Assembly (NCBI RefSeq): GCF_009914755.1
Contig: NC_060934.1
Strand: one strand, 5' to 3'
Length of the DNA: 64,000 nt
DNA from: the human T2T-CHM13v2.0 reference genome, Homo sapiens
Shown: piece by piece, positions 12,798-33,537 of the stretch
Layout: the number at the start of each line of letters is the position of its first letter
Position numbering within the stretch: position 1 is the first letter of the stretch
Translations under genes and position numbers: made by a program
Notes under the pieces: generated by a model
What the model saw: the letters and a program-made list of their open reading frames with translations, nothing else
Told to the model about the DNA's origin: nothing
The model's database searches: none

Positions 12798-13610
12798 GAA
12801 CCCCTGGGATTGGACCTGATGCATCTTGGATACTGAACAGCTTTTCCTCTGGCAGATCAGTTGGTCAGAGACCAATGGGCACCCTCCTGGCTGACCTCAC
12901 CTTCTGGATGGCCGAAAGAGAACCCCAGGTTCTCGGGTACTCTTAGTATCTTGTACTGGATTTGCAGTGACATTACATGACATCTCTATTTGGTATATTT
13001 GGGCCAAAATGGGCCAACTTATGAAATCAAAGTGTCTGTCCTGAGAGATCCCCTTTCAACACATTGTTCAGGTGAGGCTTGAGCTGTCAATTCTCTATGG
13101 CTTTCAGTCTTGTGGCTGCGGGACTTGGAAATATATAGAATCTGCCCATGTGGCTGGCAGGCTGTTTCCCCATTGGGATGCTTAAGCCATCTCTTATAGG
13201 GGATTGGACCCTGTACTTGTGGATGAACATTGGAGAGCAAGAGGAACTCACGTTATGAACTAGGGGGATCTCATCTAACTTGTCCTTAACTTGCCATGTT
13301 GACTTCAAACCTGTTAAGAGAACAAAGACTTTGAAGTATCCAGCCCCAGGGTGCAGAGAGGTTGATTGCCAGGGAGCACTGCAGGAATCATTGCATGCTT
13401 AAAGCGAGTTATGTCAGCACCCTGTAGGATTTTGTTCCTTATTAAGTGTGTGCCATGTGGTGGGGTGCTGTCTGGGGCATCTGTTTTTCATTTTGCCTGT
13501 GGTTTGTGTTGCAGGTGTTGATAGTTGTTTTAAGGATTGTTAGGTATAGGAAATCCAGTAAATTAATAAAAAAATTTTGATTTTCCAATAAACTTTGCAT
13601 GAAGTGGTGA
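12798..13610 (+). other. HKDC1: HKDC1 3' UTR (end approximate)
   Basis: Repeat-free sequence from the stop codon to the paired AATAAA signals. Confidence 0.8.
13565..13592 (+). terminator. HKDC1: HKDC1 polyadenylation signals (AATAAA at 13565-13570 and 13587-13592)
   Basis: Two AATAAA hexamers ~0.8 kb after the stop codon, preceded by GT/T-rich sequence. Confidence 0.8.
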
Positions 13611-14201
13611 TATTTCTTCTGGGAGGCTCACTTGGTAATACCATGCTTTGTTGATGGAATAAGGGATGCAGAGTCAGAAGGAGCTTGAGCATTTTTCTCG
13701 AGTCCAAACTTCCTACCAACAGGGGTAATATATGGAATATCTTCTACAATATCCTTAACAGATTATCCAGATGTCTTTAGAATACTTCCAGTAACTGAGC
13801 ATTTCCCACATGATCCTACAGCTCTTGCCTTTGAACGGCTGGAGTGGACTGGAAGTCCTTCTGACTTCTGAGCTCGGTTCCTCCCATACACCCCACTGAT
13901 CTCCATTCTACCCTGCAGAACTATGTGTAATAGGCCTGTCCCTGACCATTTCTCCAGTGGACTTCCTCTCTCTCTCCTCTCTTCCCCACTTTACCTGAAC
14001 TGCCTGTGCCTTTCTGTTCTGCCACATAGTTATCTGTATGAGTTTCACATCTGGCCAGATAGATTGTAAACTCTTTGTCAAACACATTCTTGTATTGCTC
14101 TAGTGAACCTAGCACTGTGCCATTCCTATCAAATACTTACTTGTGGGAGGCATGATTGAAGAAATAGAACTTTTCAAGAAATTTTCTTCAGATAAAGTAT
14201 A

Positions 14202-15486
<1,285 letters not shown>

Positions 15487-16040
15487 ATACTTTCAATACA
15501 AATGTATGGTGATACTACTGTGAACAGGTCCTAGATTTACCAAAATTATCTTTTTGTGTGTTTGTGTATTTTAAGGTTATATCTCTTTAGAGAAATGTCG
15601 TATGAATTTATTAAATGTATCTTTTTATATTTTGAAGTTATGCCTCTTTGGAGAAAGGTTTCACCTTATCAGGTTTCATCTTAATCAGTTGAAAACCTTG
15701 CTGTCCTTATTCTCTTTCCCCAGGTCTCCCATTTCATGGTAAGTCATCCTCAGCTCCCAGTCCCTCTTTCCCCTGGTTCTGCTAGGGGTCTTTCTCTTTG
15801 CTGTCTTTCCTGGACAAATGATCTGACCCATAGATTCAGGTTGTTGTGCCACTAAGTTCTCCCATGACCTGGTCTCTCAGCACATGTTTGGCAGGTTAGG
15901 GAGGTCACCCAGTCCCTTCTCACCCAGCCGTGGTCTCTTACAAGAAAAAGGAGACACAAGGTATCTAGGCAAGCTTGCACATTCTGACTAATTGATTGCA
16001 TCATAGAATCCTTGAACAAGAACCAGAACTCCAGAGAGGG

Positions 16041-16149
16041 AAAACATCTATCTTGCTGTGTTTGGACAGGCCAGCCCCTGAAACATCTTGGGCAATGGAG
16101 GGTTAACTTCTCAAAGTTTAATAGGCAAGACCAGCAACCATGCAACAAG
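16041..16149 (+). other. HK1: HK1 testis-type non-coding first exon T1 (start approximate)
   Basis: Unique sequence ending CAACAAG|GTAAAT; matches the recalled 5' end of HK1-ta/tb/td mRNAs, ~2.4 kb past the HKDC1 polyA signals. Confidence 0.7.
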
Positions 16150-16193
16150 GTAAATTGTCCTCACGAGAACTCCAAAGACTATTTTTCTCTCTC

Positions 16194-16667
<474 letters not shown>

Positions 16668-17518
16668 CTAACCTTTAAGTGTTACTTTCTCCCAGTAACA
16701 TTTTGCCCAGAAAGAGGTGATGAATATAGATTTAAGAATAAGATTTTCCCCATGTTGCTGCCTTTCCAGAACAAGTGAGTTCATTCTCATTTGTCTTTCT
16801 TCAGAAATCTTTTATCTGTCTTTCTCCCATTAGCTGGAATGGGTGCTCCATGAGAATAAAGACTTGGGTTCCATTCTTCCTATTGTCCCCAGAGCCTACA
16901 TACTGGCTGGCATTGAGTAGCAATTGAACAGTTTTCTGAATGAATGAATGAATGAATGCTCAAATAAGCACATGAATTAATTATCACTTTCCTTTGAATC
17001 TCTCCATTCTTCTTCCTCACCCAATGGGGCTCGATCCTTATACACAGAAGATACTCTATAAATGATGATTCAATGAATGCCAAGCCCTGTTCTATGCACT
17101 GAAGACCAAAAGAAATAAAAGACATCATTCCTGCTCTGTAAGAATTCATAGGCTAGTAAGGAAAGAAAGATATATAAATATCTGTAATACAACATGGTAA
17201 ACAGGAACAAGGTGACGACTGTTCCTGACCATTTCCTGTATCCTTTAGATCAGGAACTCTCAACCTTTGTGCACGTGTATGTGTGTGTGCATGTACCATG
17301 TACCCCTTGGACAATCAAGAATACAAGAAACCTTGTATTCTTTCTCAGAATAATGTTTTTAAATGCATAAAATACACAGGATTATAAGGGAAATTAATGG
17401 CATGAATTACATTTATTAAAATGTTAAAGTGGCACCATGGTAATACATGCATGTATTTATTAATGCATTATGCAGCAAGATCCAGCAGGAACCTAATAAC
17501 AATGACAATTTTGAAGTC

Positions 17519-18202
<684 letters not shown>

Positions 18203-18479
18203 CAATATATTTGTGATTTCCACTGGAGACAAAGTCACAGATGCTGCTAGCACTAGTGGGTTTGTTGCCCACATTCAGAATTAAAGGAAATGCTAAATTT
18301 CAGTTACAGACTATCAGAAATTAATTTGTATTTTTTTCCCACAGAAGCTTACGGATATCACCTTCTACCTGAAGGGTCTCTGATGCCCAGGTTATTAATC
18401 TCTGATCAGAATGTTCTAATGGAGCTGGCACTTATTTAGAGACAGATCTTAGATGGCAGATCTAAGCAATTTTAGCATT

Positions 18480-20170
<1,691 letters not shown>

Positions 20171-20199
20171 GGATCAGTTCACTTTTCGTTTCAAATATC

Positions 20200-20642
20200 A
20201 GCTGAGCATAGTGGCTCATACCTGTCATCCTAGCACTTTGGTAGGCTGAGGCAGGATGACCACTTGAGCTCAGGAGTTCAAGACCAGCCTGGGCAACATA
20301 GATCTCATCTGTATTTTTTTAATTTTTCAAATTTTAATTTAAAAAATACTTTTGCCCAGGCGCAGTGGCTCACGTTTCTAATCCCAGCACTTTGGGAGGC
20401 CAAAGCAGGTAGATCACCTGAGGTCAGGAGTTTGAGACCAGCCTGGCCAACATGGTGAAACCTTGTCTCTACCAAAAATACAAAAAGTAGCTGGGCATGG
20501 TGTCACACACATGTAATCCCAGCTAATTGGGAGGCTGAGGCAGGAGAATTGCTTGAACTCAGGAGGCAGAGGTTGCTGCGAGCCGAGATGGCACTCCAGC
20601 CTGGGTGACAGAGCAAAACTCTGTCTCAAAAAAAAAAAAAAC
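20200..20642 (+). mobile_element. Partial Alu (20200-20301) and full Alu (20354-20642)
   Basis: Alu consensus matches. Confidence 0.85.
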
Positions 20643-21536
20643 AGTTTCAAATATCTTAGAGTCATGCCTGTCTTGTGTTTATTACAGGCCCTTTTTTCAA
20701 GCAGCCTTCTCTTTCTCAAATACAACAATATTATAGGGTATCTTTCTCTGAATTTCAATCTAGCCTTCTTTACTGCCCAGAACTTAGCAAAAATCCTATG
20801 GGGAGAACTGGCAGGTGGGGAAAACCAGCTATGCATTTGAAGCTTCTCCAGATTCTACTCTGTCTAGCCAGCTCACATGACCATAAAAGCTGGCTGCTTT
20901 CTCATTCTCTCTGAGTAGTCTTGCCTCTATTCTGGCAAGTCTAATCTCCCCCAACCCATGCCGAGACTCAACAAATGCCCTCATAGAGGAAAGCAGTCAT
21001 GAATCTCCACTCACTTTGGGAGGGTCCCTTCTGCTCTGGAATTTAATTCCATTAGATTTCCAGCCTTCCAGTATCTCTAAAAAGAAATATATATGATTTT
21101 TAGTTTATCCATATATATTTTTTCTAATTGCTGTAGTGGACACAATGGTCTACTGCTCCCCTCTTACATCCTATATCCTAACCACCAATTCTAAATATTT
21201 TAAATTCCCATTACAATGTCTTATTTTATTCATGAGTTATTAAAAAAAAAAAACCAAAAAACAAAAAAACCTTTTAAGGCCGGGCACGGTGGCTCACGCC
21301 TGTAATCTCAGTACTTTGGGAGGCCAAGGTGGGAGGATAGCTTGAGGCCAGGAATTTGAGACCAGCCTGAGCAACATGGCGAGACCCCATCTCTACTAGA
21401 TTAAAAAATACATAAAAAATAAAATTTAAAAAAAAAACAACTTAAATTTGTACATTTGTAATTTCCAAGTATATTGTTTTAAATTTGATCATTTTGTTAA
21501 TTTTAACTTAATTATATGTTGATTTATGGCCTATAT

Positions 21537-21739
21537 CAGGGATTGACTAATTACTTCTGTAAAGGGCCAGGCAGTCACAATTGTAGGCTCTGTGGGCCAT
21601 ATGATCTGTGCTGTTGTAACAAAAAAGGAGCCATAGACAACATGTAAATGAACGGGTATGGCTTGGTTCTAATAAAACTTTATTTACAAAAATAAGTGAC
21701 AGGTTGGATTTGTCCTGCAATTCAGTTTGTCAATCCCTG
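21537..21739. mobile_element. MER58-type hAT-Charlie MITE
   Basis: TIRs CAGGGATTGAC...GTCAATCCCTG; 8-bp TSD gcctatat/gtctaaat (6 of 8 match); ttctgtaaagggcca core. Confidence 0.85.
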
Positions 21740-21830
21740 GTCTAAATTATCTTAATTATTTACAAATTTATTAAGACTTGCTTTATAAATATGTTTGCTT
21801 TGAAATTTGAGTGCTTTTCATGTGCACTTA

Positions 21831-24384
<2,554 letters not shown>

Positions 24385-24583
24385 CTATGAAGCTTTTTGA
24401 GGGCTCTGTAGTTCTACTCCACACATTGCCCACTCACCCATCCCATTTTCCTCCGGTAGCTGCTACATGGAAAGTACTATGGATCAAATTGGAAATCCAT
24501 CTCTCCTCTCAAAGGCAGCTAAAGCTATGTGGTCAGGCTCTGGGCCCCAGATTCCAGTCCTGATTTCTGAGTCTGCTTTCCAG

Positions 24584-24845
24584 GTCAGGGAATGCACTGG
24601 GGCTGACGACAAGGCTGGAACGTCCCGGGATTGAAGCTTGGATACGAACTGTTGGACGGCGTCTGGAGTTTTGCACAAAAGAGAATTGAATTGTAGATCA
24701 GCTGGGAAGTTACTGTGGTAGTCCTGGTGCCCTGCGGCCTCCAGCGACTGGAACCCTGTGGGAGCACATAGCTGGCATTTTTTGCTAGAGATTAGGAAGT
24801 CTTTTGCTTCCTCTGTGAAAAGGCTTGAATTCAATGGACTGTGTG
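24584..24845 (+). other. HK1: HK1 alternative untranslated exon AltT2 (5' boundary uncertain; candidate acceptor ctttccAG at 24583 or its own TSS)
   Basis: Unique, relatively CpG-rich block ending GTGTG|GTAAGA; G24771 is exactly 3818 nt before the T2 acceptor and is c.-270 if AltT2-T2short-T3 are joined, matching the recalled CMT4G variant nomenclature. Confidence 0.8.
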
Positions 24846-26182
24846 GTAAGATGAAGTTGTTTTTTTTTTCCCTTATTGATAAAAATAAAACAGAGATTTG
24901 GCTTGGGTTATTACGCAGTGGTGGGCACATGAGCTTGCTCTCCAGTGTTTGGCGGGAAGCCAGTTGAAGAGCATGTGGTTACATTTTTGTCCGGCATCAT
25001 CAAGAGTGTAGAGAAGCTGTGATTCTAGCCTCAGAGGAGCGAGTTTTTATTGTGGGGTGACTCTTCAAAGACCATCTTTATGCAAGAAATGTCAGAGGCC
25101 CATTTCATAGTAAGTTTCTTTGGAAGTTTTGTTTTCGTCGATGCTATATTATCACTCATGGGCTGATGTCGTCTCCTTATGATGGTGTCCCTAAGAGCCT
25201 TCACAGGCCTAGGGAGCACTGGTTGGTGGTGGGAGGCCCAGGCTGAGAGGCAGGTCTCTGTGTTGTATTTCTTCCTGGGCTTTAGTCTGTCTCTTTCTAA
25301 AATGGGCTAATCCTCTCTCTGCCCTCTTCCTCATGTGGTGAAGGGCGTTGGGACAACATGCAAATATGGTTCAAAGGAGAAGTGAAGCTGCTCTTTTGTA
25401 CTCTGTCACATTTGCTTGCTCTGAATTGGGTCTTTTGTTAGCACATTCTTTGAAGTAGAACTTGTCCATGGTTGACTTTGGTGTCTTGATTTGGAGAAGA
25501 AATTGAGTAGTGCCCAACTGCAGGTAGACTGAGAGGCTGAACTGGGTTTGCATGGGGTTTGCAGGATGTGCAGAATGGTTAAATGAATGTATGAATGAAC
25601 ATATGTAGATCGAATGTTTGATGGGGAACCTCAGAATGACCCAAGAAACATGTTTCTCCAGAAACTAAGTAGATCTTGGGCTGTGAAGTATTTAGTACCC
25701 ATAACAAGCAATGATAGTTTAAATATGTAGTCCAAAAATTTCTTCCTCATCAGTCAAGTCATAAATGCAGGACTTAAAGGAAACCACATGTGAGAGGTGT
25801 CTGTGACCTAGGATATTGGAGGCCTGGGTCACAGTTAGGAATCAGGACCTCGCAAAATTTACTTAACATTCTCCAGAATGTGGCCCAATCTACAAAGCCA
25901 CCCTCATGTCAGCTGCTCAGCTGGAGAGCACATGTGCTTGAAGTTTCTTTCACCTTCACTCTTGCTTTAATAAAAGCATGTATAAGTCCAGGAGCTTATT
26001 TTATACTTTGGTTGATCAGCGATTGTGTCTTCACTAAGAACCACCCATATTGTCATCCTTGGGCAGACACGAGGAAGGATGAAAGGATTGACCTGCGAGA
26101 ATCTAGAGAACTAAGGCCAAGGGAAGCAGGTCAGATGGAGGTAGATTGCATCTCAGATTTAACTGGCCAATGATGAAAAAAG

Positions 26183-26478
<296 letters not shown>

Positions 26479-26533
26479 GAAAAGGTTTTTTAAAGAGTGA
26501 GGTAGCACCTACCTGGATCTTGTCTTGGGTGGG

Positions 26534-26891
26534 TGCTATGGTCTGCATGTTTATGGCCCCCCAAATTCATAATTGAAACCTAATCTCCGATATGATAATA
26601 TTAGAAGGTGGGGTCTTTGGAGGTTATTAAGTCATGAGGGTGGAGCCCTCACGAATGTGATTCATCCCCTTATAAAGGAGACCCTAGAGAGCTTGTCTGC
26701 CCCTTCTACCAGTGAGGACGGAGTAAGAAGGCTGTCTTTGAGAAATGAGCCCTCACCAGGCAGGCACCAAATCTGCTGGTGACTTAATCTTGGATTTGCC
26801 AGCCTCCAGAACTGTGAAACATACATTTCCATCATTTGTAAGTTACCTAGCCAATGGTAATTTGTTGTAGCAGCCTGAACGGACCAAGACA
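26534..26891. mobile_element. MaLR solo LTR (MLT1A/MST-like)
   Basis: tgctatggtctg start, catgagggtggagccctc core, gcctccagaactgtga...ggaccaagaca end. Confidence 0.8.
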
Positions 26892-27201
26892 GTGAGGGTG
26901 GGAGTGGAATATGATGTGCTAGATTCTTTCCAGTTTTCAAATAATATGCTTTTACCTTCTGGAGTTTCATCCCCTGTGCCACTAATCTCTGAATTGCTAA
27001 AATCTTTGCATTTTTGTCTCCTACTCTCCACTTTATCAAACAACCTGTCCTATGTCTCTGTATAGCTGCAGACTCTTATCAGACCTCTCAAAATATCGTT
27101 TATGACTTCCTCTTCCATGTGGAGGACATGAGAGAGTGAGAGAGAACTGGGATCTTCTGTACTTTTAATGAGTGAATCCACATGATTGTAGGCATCTAGA
27201 A

Positions 27202-27390
27202 TAGGGCTCTCAAACTTTAGCAGGTCACAGAATCACCAGGAGGGCTTGTTAAAACACAGATTCATGGTTCCACCCCAATGTTTTCCATTCAGTAGGTCTG
27301 TGGAAGGGCCCAAGAATGTGCATTTCTAACAAGTTCCCACCTAATGCTGTTGTTACTGGTGCAGGGACCACACTTTGAGAACCACCACCC
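27202..27390. mobile_element. MER5A-type hAT MITE
   Basis: ctctcaaacttt...agaatcaccaggagggcttgttaaaacacagatt...cacactttgagaaccac. Confidence 0.8.
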
Positions 27391-28588
27391 TAGAGGACGG
27401 GGACCAAGCCAGCCCACTCTCAGTAAAATCCCAAATGCAGAGGGGGCAGATTAATAAGTACCAGGGTGTGCTGTCCTCTTCCTCCTCTTTCTCTTCCTCA
27501 TCCTCCTCCTTTATCGAGGCTTACCTGATCCCTGCCTCAGGGGCCTCCAAAGAAAACTCTGACTTAGACCAATGTGTCCCAGATTCAATGTCACTTTCTA
27601 TAGGAAGCCGTTCATGAACCCCAGGATTAGATGTTGTGGCTTCCTATACTTTTTCTTGATAGCTATCATGATTCACAATTTGCAACTGTGATTTGTGTGA
27701 TTTCTTAATCTCTGTTTCCTCCAGAGAATGTAAGCTCCATGAAGACAGGATATACGAATAGTAGGAAAAAAGGAAGGGTTTGGGTGGGGAATGGTGGTGA
27801 GTCACCCTTAGGATTGTGCACAATAAAAGACAGTGAAACAACAGATTTTGTCCCCAAAGAATAAAGGAAGGGGAGGGAGGAGGAAGGAAAAAGGTGGCCT
27901 GGAATATCCATTAGAACGTTGGCTGCCAAGTCTAGCCCAGCTCTCTCTGGTGCCAACCAGAGGTTTGCCTGCTCTATTTTGGCCACAGAGTGGGCATTTC
28001 ATCTCTCCACGCATTTTAAAATCCTAGTTGTTTCTTTTTTTAGCTCTGAGCTACTTACCCGCTCTAAGCCTCAGCTACAGCACCCATAAAACAAAGAATT
28101 AAGGCTCCATGGCTGAAGAGACCTAAGTACAACACCCAGCTCTGCTACTGTTGCATTTCCATGAGTGCCTGAATTAACTCCTGTAAGCGTCGGCTTCCCT
28201 CCTGAAAAGGGTTTCTACTCCTAATCTTGTTGGGACACTTCCAGGAATCAGGGCACATGAAGTCCTTAGCACAATCCCTGGCTCAATGCACATGAGTGGC
28301 CATTGTCATCACCATCTTCAATATCACCGTCCTCCTCACCATTGTCACCATTTCTGTCCCCACACCCAAGGTTTCTGAGGTCTCAATGGGATAAAATAAC
28401 TTCATAACCATGAAGCACTGTCTGAATGTCAAGGGCATCCAAGTGCCCCATCCCCTGCCCACAAGTCCTGGAGTAACATCCAAGGATGCCTTCCTTCCCC
28501 AGGACGCTGGCGCAGGCTCAACCCCTTGCAAGCCTTTGGTGACTCTTGATTTTACGACAAATACATCTTTTGTCTCTTCTGTTTTCAG

Positions 28589-28764
28589 GACTTCAACTAA
28601 CCAACTAAAGAACTGTTCCCCAGAGCATTGTTCCTGAGAAGGAAAAGAGTCCAAACACCTACCCACACCTGCTTTGTGCCAAGAATCCACAGTTGGATTG
28701 CAAGGACAGTGTATGTTGTCCTTTTGGAAAAATGAGAGTGAGCCCAAATGAAGAACAAGCAAAG
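28589..28764 (+). other. HK1: HK1 non-coding exon T2 with two donors (short form ends 28710, 122 nt; long form ends 28764, 176 nt)
   Basis: Strong tcttctgttttcAG acceptor; donors GTATGT (28711) and GTGTCT (28765); 122+73=195 and 176+73=249 reproduce the recalled c.-195 and c.-249 junction numbering. Confidence 0.8.
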
Positions 28765-28791
28765 GTGTCTCAAGTCATCCCAAGGCAACTA

Positions 28792-29905
<1,114 letters not shown>

Positions 29906-30592
29906 AGAGCTATCCAAGTCTCAGGATCTTAAAAGGTAGATCCTGGGGTTTAAGCCCACTTATTTTACAGATGAGGCCCAGAGAGAGGCAAACACTTTCC
30001 CAAGGATACACAGTAATTTGTAACTGGGCCAAAGCTCACTATAGTTAAGTCTTTTTGTTTGAGGTGACTGAGATAATGCCATCTATGATTTTTTCTTTTA
30101 AGGCAAATGCTGTGCTGATATTCCTCACAGTTTGAGACTTGTAAAATGCCTCTCTTCCCTGAGTACCCATCTGTCCTCTACTACCCTCAGGGTTTGGGAC
30201 TGATGCTCTGCAGTTGAGGGACAGTGTGCAAGATTGGTTAAGAATGGAGGAGCCTGATTTCAAATCTCAGCTTGGTTAGCTTACAGCCATATGACCTTGG
30301 GAAGCTACTTGACTGCTGTGAGCCTCAGTTTCCTCATGTGTAAAACTGGGAAAATAGAACTTATGAGGAGTTCTTGTGAACTAATGCCTGTGAGGTATTA
30401 TATTTATAGCAGTGCCTCGCAGACAGGAAGTATTCAATAAATGCTAATTTATTGAATTTAATGACCTCCAAGAGAGTTGCTTAAGGGCAAAGTGGAAGTC
30501 AATTGAATAGTGGGTACATCCTCTCTGAAAGCAAGGCTAAAACTATGTAAAAAAAAGCATCACTGGAAAGGAAGAAGGAATCCAGCTGCTTA

Positions 30593-31520
<928 letters not shown>

Positions 31521-32275
31521 CAGAAAGGAATCCAGCTATTAGCAAAATTCAAATGAATTGTGGATTTTTCTGTTATTAAAATGTAGAGATATCAGGATCC
31601 CTAAACTCAAGTAAATGACACAATAAACGAAGCATCAAATTTGAAGCTGTGTTATGATGGTGCCTGTGCCAGATTTGGGGGAAGGGCAATACTTGGCTTA
31701 CACAGATGCTCTAGATCTTGAAGAGGGAGAGAGGGGCACAGTTCTGCGGCGACATGTGCGAGTACCAGAGAGAGGGCCAGTTACTTCGGGGTGGAGAGTA
31801 TATGGAGAATGGAATGACTAGCTATAAACCAGCTTGCATGGTGGGCTGGTGGAAACACCAGTTTCTACATGACCTCTAGACCAAACACTCTCTAGACAAA
31901 AAGCAACTCTGCTTTGAATGACCTTCAAAGCGAATGCCCTGGGCCAGTCCCAAGGGTTCCTTCCCCTCCTCCTACTCCGTCTCCTGGGTAACAACATTGT
32001 AAGACTGGGAAGAAAGGAGGTGATAGCATAATCTTCTCTGTCATGTTACAGACCCAGGGAGCTTTTAAGAAATAAATACCAATGGGAAAGAGGTAACATG
32101 CATTCTCTGCAAGTACTTTGGTAACTCATAGCAGTGTTTTAACTAGACTCGGGAAGTTGCCTGGGGATCAGAAAGGAAGGCAAAAATGTGTGTGGAATTT
32201 GTCAAAATTTGTTAAGCCCATATAGCATAATAAGGAGAACATCTATCTATAAAAACAAAGTTAAATCATAAATTA

Positions 32276-32914
<639 letters not shown>

Positions 32915-33074
32915 CTCATGCTTTGCTTTGAACTAGGGGAACCATCAGTGCCTCTGTCGAGGAAGCTCATAGAGAAACCAGGGACAAATCCTAGAAGGCT
33001 TTACGCTTTCAGCCAGGGCTCTCCATATCATTTTGGTTATGCACTCCATCAGTAAAATATTTTTGTAGACACAT

Positions 33075-33537
33075 TGTATTAGTCTGTTTTCGCACTGCTA
33101 TAAAGAAATGGCCCTCAATTATGTCATAATAACATCACACAAGTATTTCAGTTGAAAAAAAAGAAAAGAAAGAAAAAGAAATGCCCGAGACTGGGTAATT
33201 TAAAAAGGAAAGAGGTTTAATTGACTTACAGTTCAGCATGGCTAGAGAGGCCTCAGGAAACTTGTAATCATGGCGGGAAGGCAAAGGGGAAGCAAGGCAC
33301 CTTCTTCATACGGCTGCAGGAAGGAGAGGTGCAGGGTGAAGGGGGAAGAGCCTCTTATAAAACCATCAGATCTCATGAGAACCCACTCACTATCACAAGA
33401 ACAGCAGGGGGGGGAACCGCCCCCATGATCCAACTCCTTCCACCTGGTCTCTCCCTTGACATGTGGGGATTATGGGGACTATGGGGATTATAATTCAAAA
33501 TGAGATGTGGGTTGGGACACAAAGCCTAACCATATCA
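33075..33537. mobile_element. MaLR solo LTR (MSTA-type) carrying a small A-tailed insertion
   Basis: tgtattagtctgttttcgcactgctataaaga...gagactgggtaattt...cctaaccatatca. Confidence 0.85.
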
